Below, one piece after another: positions 9,949-17,975 of a stretch of 64,000 nt of DNA (position 1 is the first letter of the stretch; each line of letters starts with the position of its first letter). Location of the stretch: the NCBI GenBank assembly GCA_949289935.1, contig CASEQD010000002.1:1847-65846 (forward strand), read 5' to 3'. The notes beneath the pieces are model-generated. The model was not told the DNA's origin. It was given only the letters and a program-made list of their open reading frames with translations, and did not search any database. The stretch is from an uncultured Pseudomonadota bacterium. Lineage in GTDB: Bacteria > Pseudomonadota > Alphaproteobacteria > RF32 > CAG-239. The translations under genes and the position numbers were made by a program.

Positions 9949-10491
9949 ATGAAAAAATTTTTTGAAATTCTGAACGCAATCGGTTTGTACAAAGCAAAAC
10001 AGGAAGGGTGTTTTTCACAAAAGCAGCAGCAAAAGCCTGTTGTTGAGGAAATTGAAATTTTTGACGGAAAAGAATATCCTTTTGAGTTGGTGTATGAGGA
10101 TGACAGTGTTTCGAACGTGTTTACTTCCGGAAAGAAAATTAAGGGTGTGATTTTGTCTCAGAACGGCAGGCATTTGTTTGTCGGGCGTTTTTTTTCCCGC
10201 CGGAAGCTTACTCAGGGCAAGGCCGCGGAATATTGTAAAAAAATTTCGTTTCGGGGAAAAATGTGCCGTCAGATGAATGAAGATGAGCTGAGGTATTTGT
10301 GCAATGAAAATGCGGCGTTGTTGAATGACGCTCCGGGGATTTTACTGATTCCGGATGATTTTGTCTGGACTGAAGTTCCGGTTCCTGCTTATCGGGGTTT
10401 TTATCTGGTTGTAAATTTACAGACAGGAATGGCTGCCTGGAAAAACGGCGCCTATTATTGTTATGCCGTGCCGGTTTGCAGTTTGGATTAA
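9949..10491 (+). CDS. hypothetical protein with DUF1566/Lcl-C-like motifs and no signal peptide
   Basis: KAAEYCKKISFRGKMCRQMNEDELRYL resembles the eA..yC....WRLPt..EL signature. VWTEV...VVNLQTGMAAWKNG...YAVPVC resembles the C-terminal half of that domain. Confidence 0.4.
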   Translation: MKKFFEILNAIGLYKAKQEGCFSQKQQQKPVVEEIEIFDGKEYPFELVYEDDSVSNVFTSGKKIKGVILSQNGRHLFVGRFFSRRKLTQGKAAEYCKKISFRGKMCRQMNEDELRYLCNENAALLNDAPGILLIPDDFVWTEVPVPAYRGFYLVVNLQTGMAAWKNGAYYCYAVPVCSLD

Positions 10492-10502
10492 GTAAAAAAT
10501 TG

Positions 10503-10535
10503 AAAAAAAGCTTCGGAAGTTTCCGAAGCTTTTTT
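10503..10535. terminator. bidirectional intrinsic terminator
   Basis: A7-GCTTCGG-loop-CCGAAGC-T6, sitting between convergent genes. Confidence 0.6.
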
Positions 10536-10551
10536 GTTGTTGTTAAGTTTT

Positions 10552-10857
10552 TTAGAATTCTATAACTTGATATGTTCCGCTTGTTTTACCTGAACCGTTT
10601 TTGAAAGTTGTGTATAGTTCATGTAAATAATTGCCTCCGCAAGATAAAAACCAAATAGAATTCTGGTCAAATTCTGTTGAAGAGTATACATTAGTCAGAT
10701 ACCCATTACCGGCATAATCGTAATTATGGCAGATTTTCGCTCCCAGTTTTTCGAATACGCTGTGGTTTCCAAATATCATGCATTTACAATTTTCTTCTTC
10801 ATCTGCCGGTATAATACCTCTGCTGCCGGACAGATTCAGCAAGGATATTTTTTTCAC
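10552..10857 (-). CDS. short DUF1566-like protein (C-terminal-half homolog of the secreted family); GTG start
   Basis: 101 aa ending ...YSSTEFDQNSIWFLS...GTYQVIEF. Compare WSSTEY...AWAW...VWPVIEF in the neighbouring paralog. It has no signal peptide and is divergent from paralog A. Confidence 0.35.
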   Translation of the reverse strand: MKKISLLNLSGSRGIIPADEEENCKCMIFGNHSVFEKLGAKICHNYDYAGNGYLTNVYSSTEFDQNSIWFLSCGGNYLHELYTTFKNGSGKTSGTYQVIEF

Positions 10858-10860
10858 CTC

Positions 10861-11145
10861 TGTATGAAATTAATGATTGAACACTTGTGAAATTCATGCT
10901 ACACTAAAACCAGTGATGATAAAGTGTGGAGGATGAAATGCGTGTGATTCTTTCCGCCGGCAAAAGGATATATTTTACCCTGCTGGCTTTTTACCCTGCT
11001 GGCTTCTTCTTTTATGTTCCCGGTTTCCGCTTTTGCCCAGTGCGTGAAAAATGAAAATTGTGCGGCGTTAGGCTATGATTCGACAACAGCATGCGATAAC
11101 GGCATCAAATGCCCGTTTGGGGAATATTGGGCGTGTCCCGAACCT
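10861..11145 (+). repeat. conserved 5' module of the secreted-protein family, copy A (promoter, 5'UTR, signal peptide, first Cys motif)
   Basis: Near-identical to the reverse complement of 19177-19451 and 44735-45002. It includes TTGAAC-17-TACACT (10877-10905), a GGAGG RBS and ATG 10938. Confidence 0.8.
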
Positions 11146-11778
11146 GTCAAACCGGAAGGCGCCGTCCTCGGTCAGTGTAACGGGTATGCCAAAAACTGCA
11201 AAATCGGCGATATTCTTTATACGGACGGTATCTGTTCCGCCGATGTCGTTTCCGGTAAAACCCCGATTGCCGTCGTCGTTTATATCGGCGGGGATGGTTG
11301 TGGCCAGGCTTTGGCGTTGGAAAATTTGGGTAAAATGGTTTGGTCTACGGAAAATGTTAATATTCCGGAACTGGAAAATTTTTGGAATAAAGCTGAAAGT
11401 AATTACAGCAGTTGTAAAAATACACACGCTGTTTTAGAATACAGTAATGAAAAATATAAAAATGCGGCTTCACAATATTATCCTGCTTTTAAGGCTGTTA
11501 ACGATTATACACCATCGATTATCCCTGAAACCAAGGGTAAATGGTGTCTGCCGGCCGGCGGTGTATTGGACAGTATTTCCAAAAATACAAAAATCATAGG
11601 TACTGCTTTGGTGAAAACAGGTAAAGATAATTTTAATGTTTCCGGATGGTTGACCCTATGGTCATCAACGGAGTATACTGATAATACGGCATGGGCATGG
11701 ACATTAACAGGGGAGTTATCTCATGGTTCCACTTTTAAAAATTCTGACATATATGTCTGGCCGGTAATTGAGTTTTAA
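10938..11778 (+). pseudogene. secreted Cys-rich DUF1566-like protein, paralog A, frameshifted in the signal peptide
   Basis: From ATG 10938 the frame ends at TGA 11052-11054. Deleting one 16-bp unit joins it in frame to ORF 11014-11778 (MFPVSAFAQCVKNENCAALGY...WCLPAGGVL...LWSSTEY...VWPVIEF). Confidence 0.65.
10973..11004. repeat. perfect 16-bp tandem duplication (TTTTACCCTGCTGGCT x2)
   Basis: Read directly from the sequence. The other two paralogs carry a single unit at the homologous site. Confidence 0.95.
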
Positions 11779-11794
11779 AATTTGATATATACCA

Positions 11795-11829
11795 ACAGAA
11801 AACGCTTCCGGAGAGGAAGCGTTTTCTGT
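11795..11829. terminator. bidirectional intrinsic terminator
   Basis: A perfect 15-bp stem, ACAGAAAACGCTTCC / GGAAGCGTTTTCTGT, with loop GGAGA and a T-run on the + side. It lies between convergent genes. Confidence 0.7.
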
Positions 11830-11833
11830 TGTT

Positions 11834-14668
11834 TTATTTCCGTTCGGTTTTATCCATCGGCAGGGGGTCTTTTGAACCGCTGTTGTAGAGGATGGCATTG
11901 CTGATTTCGGAATTCTTAACCGGAATGTCTTTAATCTGTTTTCCGCAGATTTCCAGTCCGACACTCTTTATTGCGGTGGCAATCGGCAGGAACAGGTCGG
12001 CATTTTGTCCGGCTTTCTGTCCGGTATGAGCCAAACCGGCGATGGTGCCGTGCTGGTCGATCAGAGCTCCGCCGAGCGTGATATCCTGAACGAAAGTATC
12101 AACAATAATTTCGGTGCCGCGGTCTTCGGAATAACGGTAGCCGCTGACTTTTCCGGAATTTTCGAGATAGCCTTCACCGGTATCAAAGTCCAGAATGCCG
12201 AGGGTCAGATAAGTTTCCTGACTAATCGGCGGCAGATCGAGGTTCAGAGACAGCGGTGTGTAGGCGGTTTTCTTTTCCATGAACAACAGGGCAACGTTTT
12301 TCTTCGGGTTAATCCGGACAGCATGTCCTTTAAATTTGACACCGTTGATGGTTTGCAGTTCATAAGTATTGTTATCTTTGGTGATTAAATCCGCCGAGGT
12401 CAGGACAAACTGGTCTGAGATAATCAGACCGGCGCCTTTCCGTCCTTTGTTGTTGGCAATGGAAATGATTGAAGCGCGGATTTTGTAAACATCTTCAGGC
12501 GTTAACGGCGCGTCATAAGCCGGGCGTTCGATTATGCAAAGGCTGTTTTGCGCATCAAGGGCGCTCTTATCTTCGACCGGCAGAGATACCCATGTTTCTT
12601 TGGTGACGGAACCGGTTGCCTCGACACCGCCTTTTTCTTCAATATCAAGATCAATGTTATTGGCAATTTTGCAACCTTCAGGATCATGGGCGCAATCGCC
12701 GAACATGGTTTGTTTGTCGCAGCCGCCATAGAATTTGTTGTCTTCACAACCGCGATAGAGCTTATTGTCTTCGCAGCCGCGGTAGAGTTTATTATTGCAG
12801 TCGCAATCAGGGCCGAACAATGTCATATTATTGCACGGCGTTTCCGGTTTGGGCAGCGGCGGAACGGGCAGGGGAATCGTACCGCCCGGGTTTTCCATGG
12901 TTACAGTGTTTAAGTCCACTTCAATTTCGGCGGCATTTTCAATAACTTCTTTTTGTCCGTAGCGTTTTTCCGGCGCTTCAGGCAACAGGCTGATATCCAG
13001 AGGTTCGGACGGACGTTCTTTTTCGAGCAAATCAACAGCATTGACGGGTGCCGGTTCTTCTATTGTCGTTACCACGGCAGAGATGGTTTTTGTTGTCGTT
13101 TCTGCTACAGGCAGAGGCACGGGAGGCGTCGGAACGGCCGGTGTCGGCAGGGAAACTTCGACCGGTTCTTTTTCAATAACGGTTGTTTCAATTTTTTCTT
13201 TAACGATTATGGGTTCGCTCTTTTCCAGCGGCAGAGGCGCCGGCGGCGTTTTGACAATGCTTCCGTCCGATTGTTTTTGAACAACGGAACCATCGGAAAG
13301 TTTTGCCACGCTGGTCGGAACCGGGAGTTGTTCTTTAAGATAATCCGGTTTGATCAGAGGAGAAGGCGCTGCCGGTTCCGGTACTTTTACTTTTTCCGCA
13401 GGTTTGTCGGGGGTGTAAATATATTTGCTGGTTTGTCCGGCTTCAATGTCGTGTTTTGTGTATTGACACTTCAGCGGATTGACTTCACGTTCGTGTTCAA
13501 TGTAGGCAATTCTCTGGTTTTCTTTTTCCGCAGGACTTAGACGGTGTGTCAGTTGTTTTTGGAAACCCGGGTGGTTGCCGAGGTTGTTGGCCGCATCGGC
13601 AAAGGCTCTTTCCACCAGAAGGATTTCACCGTTTTGTTCGCCGCGCTTCAGTTCGCCGTAACCGTTGGTTTCTCCGCTCCAATAGGCTTTTGTTTTGTTT
13701 ATGTCGGTGATTGTCCATTTAACTGTGATTTCGGAGGAGCCGGTGCGCCGGTCTTCACGGATGCTGTTGTCCCAGTCATATTCATCACAGACGTTCATGA
13801 AGTAATTGGTGATTTCCGCCGTAACGAGATATTCAGGGAGCGGGCTGGGCGTATCTTCCGTACAGACATCATCCGGAATTTTTATGAAATTGTAGCATTC
13901 TTTAAGTTCATTTTCGAAAACAGAGATGAGACGCATGTTTTGCCGCAGCAGCCGTCCCTGATCCAGAATAGCTTCTTTGCTGAAACGGCGGCAGCCGAAA
14001 ATGCGGAAGCGGTAATTGCCGAGTTTTTGTGGAAAGGCGTCATTTAAATCATCGCCGTTTAAACGAAAATCAACCCATTCCAACTGGATGGGGGCGAATT
14101 TTTTGCATTGATTATGAATGCTGCGGTAGACATCTCTCCGGCCGACGGTGATGTAGTTGTTTACGAAATTTTCCCGCCGGGGGGCGATTTCTTCTGCTGT
14201 AATCCGACGCTTTTTTACCGGTTTGCAGACGGCTTTTTTAGGGGCTGGTTTTACTTTGACGCAGCCGCGCATTTCATCCGAAGAACAACCGTGGCCGGGA
14301 AAAATGCTGTTGTCCTGTTTTTTTGTTGATTCGCAACAGGTGCCGCCGAATATACTGCCGTCACGGTAGGTTTTTCCCGTGCTTTTAACATTGACTACCG
14401 GTTGCGGACGACGTTGTTCCAACCGTGTGTTTATGCGGCTGTCGGCTTCTCCGGAGAAGGAAATTTCTTTGGGGCGGGCTTCGTCGAAAAAGCCCATGGA
14501 GCGGCTTAATCCCGTATATTCTGTACGGACGGTGCGACTGCCGGCCGGTGTTTCTTCGCGGAAAGAGTTGCCGTATTGGGAAGCCATGCTTTCGGAGAAT
14601 GCCGCACTGCATAAGGACAAAGCCATGGCAGAACAGGCCAAGAGTTTGAAACACCGTGTGATTTTCAT
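11834..14668 (-). CDS. large secreted or lipoprotein-like protein with a Pro-rich linker, Cys-rich repeats and a C-terminal trypsin-like (S1C-type) domain lacking the catalytic triad
   Basis: 944 aa. Signal/lipobox-like N-terminus (KLLACSAMALSLCSAAFS), a PxP-rich middle and NKLYRGCED repeats. The C-terminus reads GAGLIISDQFVLTSADL / NVALLF / TLGGALIDQHGTIAGL, which mimics the GSGFxI..TNxHV / DxALL / GNSGGPL blocks. Confidence 0.6.
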   Translation of the reverse strand: MKITRCFKLLACSAMALSLCSAAFSESMASQYGNSFREETPAGSRTVRTEYTGLSRSMGFFDEARPKEISFSGEADSRINTRLEQRRPQPVVNVKSTGKTYRDGSIFGGTCCESTKKQDNSIFPGHGCSSDEMRGCVKVKPAPKKAVCKPVKKRRITAEEIAPRRENFVNNYITVGRRDVYRSIHNQCKKFAPIQLEWVDFRLNGDDLNDAFPQKLGNYRFRIFGCRRFSKEAILDQGRLLRQNMRLISVFENELKECYNFIKIPDDVCTEDTPSPLPEYLVTAEITNYFMNVCDEYDWDNSIREDRRTGSSEITVKWTITDINKTKAYWSGETNGYGELKRGEQNGEILLVERAFADAANNLGNHPGFQKQLTHRLSPAEKENQRIAYIEHEREVNPLKCQYTKHDIEAGQTSKYIYTPDKPAEKVKVPEPAAPSPLIKPDYLKEQLPVPTSVAKLSDGSVVQKQSDGSIVKTPPAPLPLEKSEPIIVKEKIETTVIEKEPVEVSLPTPAVPTPPVPLPVAETTTKTISAVVTTIEEPAPVNAVDLLEKERPSEPLDISLLPEAPEKRYGQKEVIENAAEIEVDLNTVTMENPGGTIPLPVPPLPKPETPCNNMTLFGPDCDCNNKLYRGCEDNKLYRGCEDNKFYGGCDKQTMFGDCAHDPEGCKIANNIDLDIEEKGGVEATGSVTKETWVSLPVEDKSALDAQNSLCIIERPAYDAPLTPEDVYKIRASIISIANNKGRKGAGLIISDQFVLTSADLITKDNNTYELQTINGVKFKGHAVRINPKKNVALLFMEKKTAYTPLSLNLDLPPISQETYLTLGILDFDTGEGYLENSGKVSGYRYSEDRGTEIIVDTFVQDITLGGALIDQHGTIAGLAHTGQKAGQNADLFLPIATAIKSVGLEICGKQIKDIPVKNSEISNAILYNSGSKDPLPMDKTERK
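12714..12791 (-). repeat. in-frame 27-nt tandem repeats encoding NK(L/F)Y(R/G)GC(E/D) units
   Basis: 12738-12764 and 12765-12791 are near-identical. 12714-12737 is a shorter, diverged third unit. Confidence 0.8.
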
Positions 14669-14681
14669 TTAATTTTCTCCA

Positions 14682-16205
14682 TTATTTTCTCCGGTCGGGT
14701 AAAGCTCTGCGGTAAGACAAAGCTTCAGCTATATGCAGTTTAAGCACATTTTCATTATTTTGCAAGTCTGCAATTGTTCTTGCTAACCGTAAAATGCGAT
14801 GGTAAGCGCGGGCGGAAAGATTGTTTTTGTCGGCAAAAGCAATCAAAAGCGCTTCGGCGTCGTTGTCCAGCCGTACGGCTTGTTCCAGCAAGCTGCCTTT
14901 CAGTTCGGCATTTGTGTGCAGTTCAGGATGTCCGAAACGGCGGAATCTTTCGGTTTGGATGTTGCGGGCGGCAACAACCCTTTTTAAGATTTCAGCCGAA
15001 GTTTCACCGGTTTTGATATCGGCAATTTCCCAGGGACTAACGGCAGGAACTTCAATTTGTATGTCTATGCGATCCAGCAGAGGACCGGATATCCGCGCCT
15101 GATATTCTTCGGCACATTTCGGAGCACGGGAGCATTCAAAGCGGGGATTGCCCAAATTGCCGCACCGGCAAGGGTTCATTGCCGCGATAAGCTGAAATTT
15201 TGCCGGATAGGTTGTGTGAGCGTTGACGCGGGATATAGTGATGCTGCCATTTTCCAGAGGCTGACGCAGGGCTTCCAATGTCGCCCGGTTGAATTCGGGA
15301 AGCTCGTCCAAGAACAAAACGCCGTTGTGGGCGAGAGAAATTTCGCCCGGTTCAGCCCGCCGTCCGCCGCCGACCAGTGCAGGCGTCGATGCATTATGAT
15401 GCGGCGCCCGGAAAGGACGTTCAAAACAAAGCTGTCCTTCTTTCAGAATGCCGGCAACGGAGTGAATCATGCTGGTTTCAAGCGCTTCTTCGGCCGTGAG
15501 CGGCGGCAGAATTCCCGGTAATCTGGCGGCAAGCATGCTTTTCCCGGCACCGGGCGGGCCGATCATGAGCATGTTGTGTCCGCCTGCAGCCGCAATTTCC
15601 AATGCTTTTTTTGCACTTTCCTGACCTTTGACATCTTTCATGTCGGGATGTCTGAGAGACGGCATTTTATGCGGCCGGCCGGGCGGCGGGATGAGTTGAG
15701 CGCCCTTGAAGTGGTTGATGAGCGCCAGAAGCGACGGCGCCGCTATGATGTTTTTTAAGCCGGACCACGCTGCTTCGGCTCCCTGTGCTTCGGGGCAGAT
15801 GAGCCCCAGGTTTTGTTCATTGGCTTTGATTGCGACGGGGAGAGCTCCGTTAACGGGAAGAATGTTTCCGTCCAGGCTTAATTCGCCCAGAACAAGATAT
15901 CCGGAAAGTTCTTCCGAAGGGATGATGCCCATTCCGCACAGCAGTCCCAGAGCGACAGGCAAGTCAAAATGCGCTCCTTCTTTTAACAAATCGGCCGGCG
16001 CGAGGTTGACAATAATGCGTTTGGCCGGGACGGACAGTCCCAGCGAACTGAGCGCGGCGCGTACGCGTTCGCGGCTTTCCGCCACGGATTTATCCGGCAG
16101 GCCGACAATGGAAAATGCCGGCATTCCCGAAGAAAGTTGTACCTGGAGGTCAACATTTATAACATCCAGCCCGTTGAAAGTTATCGTATTGATTCTGGAC
16201 AGCAT
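14682..16205 (-). CDS. yifB: YifB/ComM family Mg-chelatase-like AAA+ ATPase
   Basis: 507 aa with a Lon-protease-like N-domain, Walker A GPPGAGKS, GVLFLDELPEF and a typical C-terminal helical domain. Confidence 0.9.
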   Translation of the reverse strand: MLSRINTITFNGLDVINVDLQVQLSSGMPAFSIVGLPDKSVAESRERVRAALSSLGLSVPAKRIIVNLAPADLLKEGAHFDLPVALGLLCGMGIIPSEELSGYLVLGELSLDGNILPVNGALPVAIKANEQNLGLICPEAQGAEAAWSGLKNIIAAPSLLALINHFKGAQLIPPPGRPHKMPSLRHPDMKDVKGQESAKKALEIAAAGGHNMLMIGPPGAGKSMLAARLPGILPPLTAEEALETSMIHSVAGILKEGQLCFERPFRAPHHNASTPALVGGGRRAEPGEISLAHNGVLFLDELPEFNRATLEALRQPLENGSITISRVNAHTTYPAKFQLIAAMNPCRCGNLGNPRFECSRAPKCAEEYQARISGPLLDRIDIQIEVPAVSPWEIADIKTGETSAEILKRVVAARNIQTERFRRFGHPELHTNAELKGSLLEQAVRLDNDAEALLIAFADKNNLSARAYHRILRLARTIADLQNNENVLKLHIAEALSYRRALPDRRK

Positions 16206-16211
16206 GTTTGG

Positions 16212-16553
16212 TTACCACCTGGGCGTTCTTTCATATTCCCTCCAACGGCGGGTGGGGTTGGTTTCTCTGGTGAGAAAATCATAATTTGCCGTTTTATAAG
16301 GGATATCGCGGAAACGGACGTAGTTTTTCTTTTCAAAACTTCTGGCGCAGCTTTCGGCTGAGGAAAAAGCCGTGCGGTAGCAATGAACGATGTTTCTGGA
16401 AACGGGTTCCAGCAGGCTGATTGATTCAGGAACATTGACATAGTCTGCCGGAGCTGGGATGTACCGGATTGTTTTTCCGCCAGGCGTAAACCAGGCACAG
16501 GAACTTCCTGCCAGCAGGGTGCATACCGCAACCATAATTTTGAACTTTGACAT
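16212..16553 (-). CDS. putative small lipoprotein
   Basis: Signal peptide with lipobox-like LLAGSSC. It lies 6 nt upstream of yifB on the same strand. Confidence 0.45.
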   Translation of the reverse strand: MSKFKIMVAVCTLLAGSSCAWFTPGGKTIRYIPAPADYVNVPESISLLEPVSRNIVHCYRTAFSSAESCARSFEKKNYVRFRDIPYKTANYDFLTRETNPTRRWREYERTPRW

Positions 16554-16664
16554 TTGTTGTTTATTTCCCGTTAGTTTTTTAGTTGAATTTAGCAGAAAAT
16601 AATTAATATATCATAAACGCATCGGGGATGAAGGGTGCGAAAAAATGTTTTTTATAAAAAAAGC

Positions 16665-16692
16665 TTGCAAAATAAAGTTTTTGGTGTATATT
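16665..16692 (+). promoter_or_regulatory. sigma70-like promoter of rpsF-rpsR-rplI
   Basis: TTGCAA, a 16-nt spacer, then TATATT, about 90 nt upstream of rpsF. Confidence 0.4.
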
Positions 16693-16782
16693 ACGCCCGT
16701 TCCTTGCTCGCAAAAAGCGGGCTATACAATAGAACCAGCCCGGTTTCCGGGCATTTGTTGAGAATCCATAAGGAGATTTTGT

Positions 16783-17112
16783 ATGACTAATTATGAAAGC
16801 GTGCTGATTGCACGTCAGGATTTGGGCGCCTCCCAAGTCAGCAGCATTGTCGATGAACTGACAAATGTTGTTAAAAAAGAAGGCGGCGAAGTTGTCAGAG
16901 TTGATAACTGGGGTTTGAAAAATCTGGCTTACCGCATTAAGAAAAACCGCAAAGGCCATTATGTTTTGATGAACATTACCGCTCCGGCCGGGGCTATTGC
17001 CGAACTGGAACGGGTTATGCGCTTTAACGAAGATATTATCCGTTATATGACGGTTAAAGTCGACGAATTCAGCGAAGTTTCGTCGTCCGAAAAAGAAGCT
17101 GCGGAAGAATAG
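16783..17112 (+). CDS. rpsF: 30S ribosomal protein S6
   Basis: YESVLIARQD... plus an acidic C-terminus, and the rpsF-rpsR-rplI gene order. Confidence 0.9.
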   Translation: MTNYESVLIARQDLGASQVSSIVDELTNVVKKEGGEVVRVDNWGLKNLAYRIKKNRKGHYVLMNITAPAGAIAELERVMRFNEDIIRYMTVKVDEFSEVSSSEKEAAEE

Positions 17113-17124
17113 GAGGTTAAGACA

Positions 17125-17352
17125 ATGGCTAAACAGGTATTTTTCAGAAGAAAGAAAACTTGTCCGTTTTCCGGTGAAGATGCTTTGAAGATTGATTATA
17201 AAGACGTTAAGCTTCTTTCAAGATATATTTCGGAAAAAGGAAAAATCATTCCCAGCCGCATTACTGCGGTTTCCGTTAAAAAGCAGAGAGAACTGGCCCG
17301 CGCCATCAAACGCGCCCGCTATATCGGTCTGCTTCCGTTTGTGGCTGATTAG
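17125..17352 (+). CDS. rpsR: 30S ribosomal protein S18
   Basis: [35 protein letters not shown] motif. Confidence 0.9.
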   Translation: MAKQVFFRRKKTCPFSGEDALKIDYKDVKLLSRYISEKGKIIPSRITAVSVKKQRELARAIKRARYIGLLPFVAD

Positions 17353-17366
17353 GAAGGAGAGAAAAT

Positions 17367-17852
17367 ATGGAAATTATTCTTCTGGAACATGTAGACAAAC
17401 TGGGTAAAATGGGCGACAAGGTTACCGTTAAAAACGGTTATGCCCGTAACTATCTTCTGCCGAGCAAAAAGGCACTGCGCGCCACAGAGGCCAATGTTGC
17501 TTTTTATGAAAAGAAAAAGGCAGAGCTTGAAGCCCACAATAAGGCTTTGTTTGACGAGGCTTCCAAAAAAGCCGAGGCTCTCAAAGGCTACAGCGCGGTT
17601 CTTATCCGTCAGGCTGCCGAAACCGGTCAGCTGTATGGTTCCGTTACCATTCGCGATATTGCCGCTGCTATTAAAGAATCCGGTTTTGAAGTTGAACGCC
17701 GCTGCGTTTTTCTTGATAAGCCGATTAAGGATCTGGGAATTTACGAAGTTAAGCTGAATCTTCATCCGGAAGTTACTCAGACAATTTTGGTGAATGTTGC
17801 CAGAACTGATGATGATGCCAAAAAACAGGCTAAGGCTTACGAAAATAACTAG
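17367..17852 (+). CDS. rplI: 50S ribosomal protein L9
   Basis: MEIILLEHVDKLGKMGDKVTVKNGYARNYLLP N-terminal domain. Confidence 0.9.
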   Translation: MEIILLEHVDKLGKMGDKVTVKNGYARNYLLPSKKALRATEANVAFYEKKKAELEAHNKALFDEASKKAEALKGYSAVLIRQAAETGQLYGSVTIRDIAAAIKESGFEVERRCVFLDKPIKDLGIYEVKLNLHPEVTQTILVNVARTDDDAKKQAKAYENN

Positions 17853-17874
17853 TTTGTTTTTTGTCGGTTTTGAA

Positions 17875-17905
17875 GCAGGGTGCTCAGGTACTCTGCTTTT
17901 TTTTT
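17875..17905 (+). terminator. intrinsic terminator after rplI
   Basis: GCAGGGT / ACTCTGC stem (one G-U pair), 8-nt loop, then T9. Confidence 0.6.
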
Positions 17906-17906
17906 G

Positions 17907-17935
17907 TTGACTTTTGTCTAAATTTTAGATATAAA
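17907..17935 (+). promoter_or_regulatory. sigma70-like promoter of the ORFan at 17976
   Basis: TTGACT, a 17-nt spacer, then TATAAA. The first 15 nt are identical to 9881-9895. Confidence 0.5.
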
Positions 17936-17975
17936 GGGAATGATATTGTATTTTTTTAATTATAATTATAGAATT

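Noticed and set aside
10552-11778. Diversity-generating retroelement (DGR) acting on the DUF1566-like C-termini
   Set aside because: DUF1566/C-type-lectin-like folds are known DGR targets, so I looked for one. The window holds no reverse transcriptase gene. I also found no template/variable repeat pair: the 3' ends of the paralogs are not near-identical at the nucleotide level and show no adenine-specific differences. The hypothesis cannot be excluded genome-wide.
12953-14047. Several 70-195-aa plus-strand ORFs opposite the 944-aa secreted-protein gene
   Set aside because: They are shadow ORFs with low-complexity Arg/Phe/Gly-rich sequence. The minus-strand frame is continuous for 2.8 kb with recognisable signal, linker and protease-like segments.
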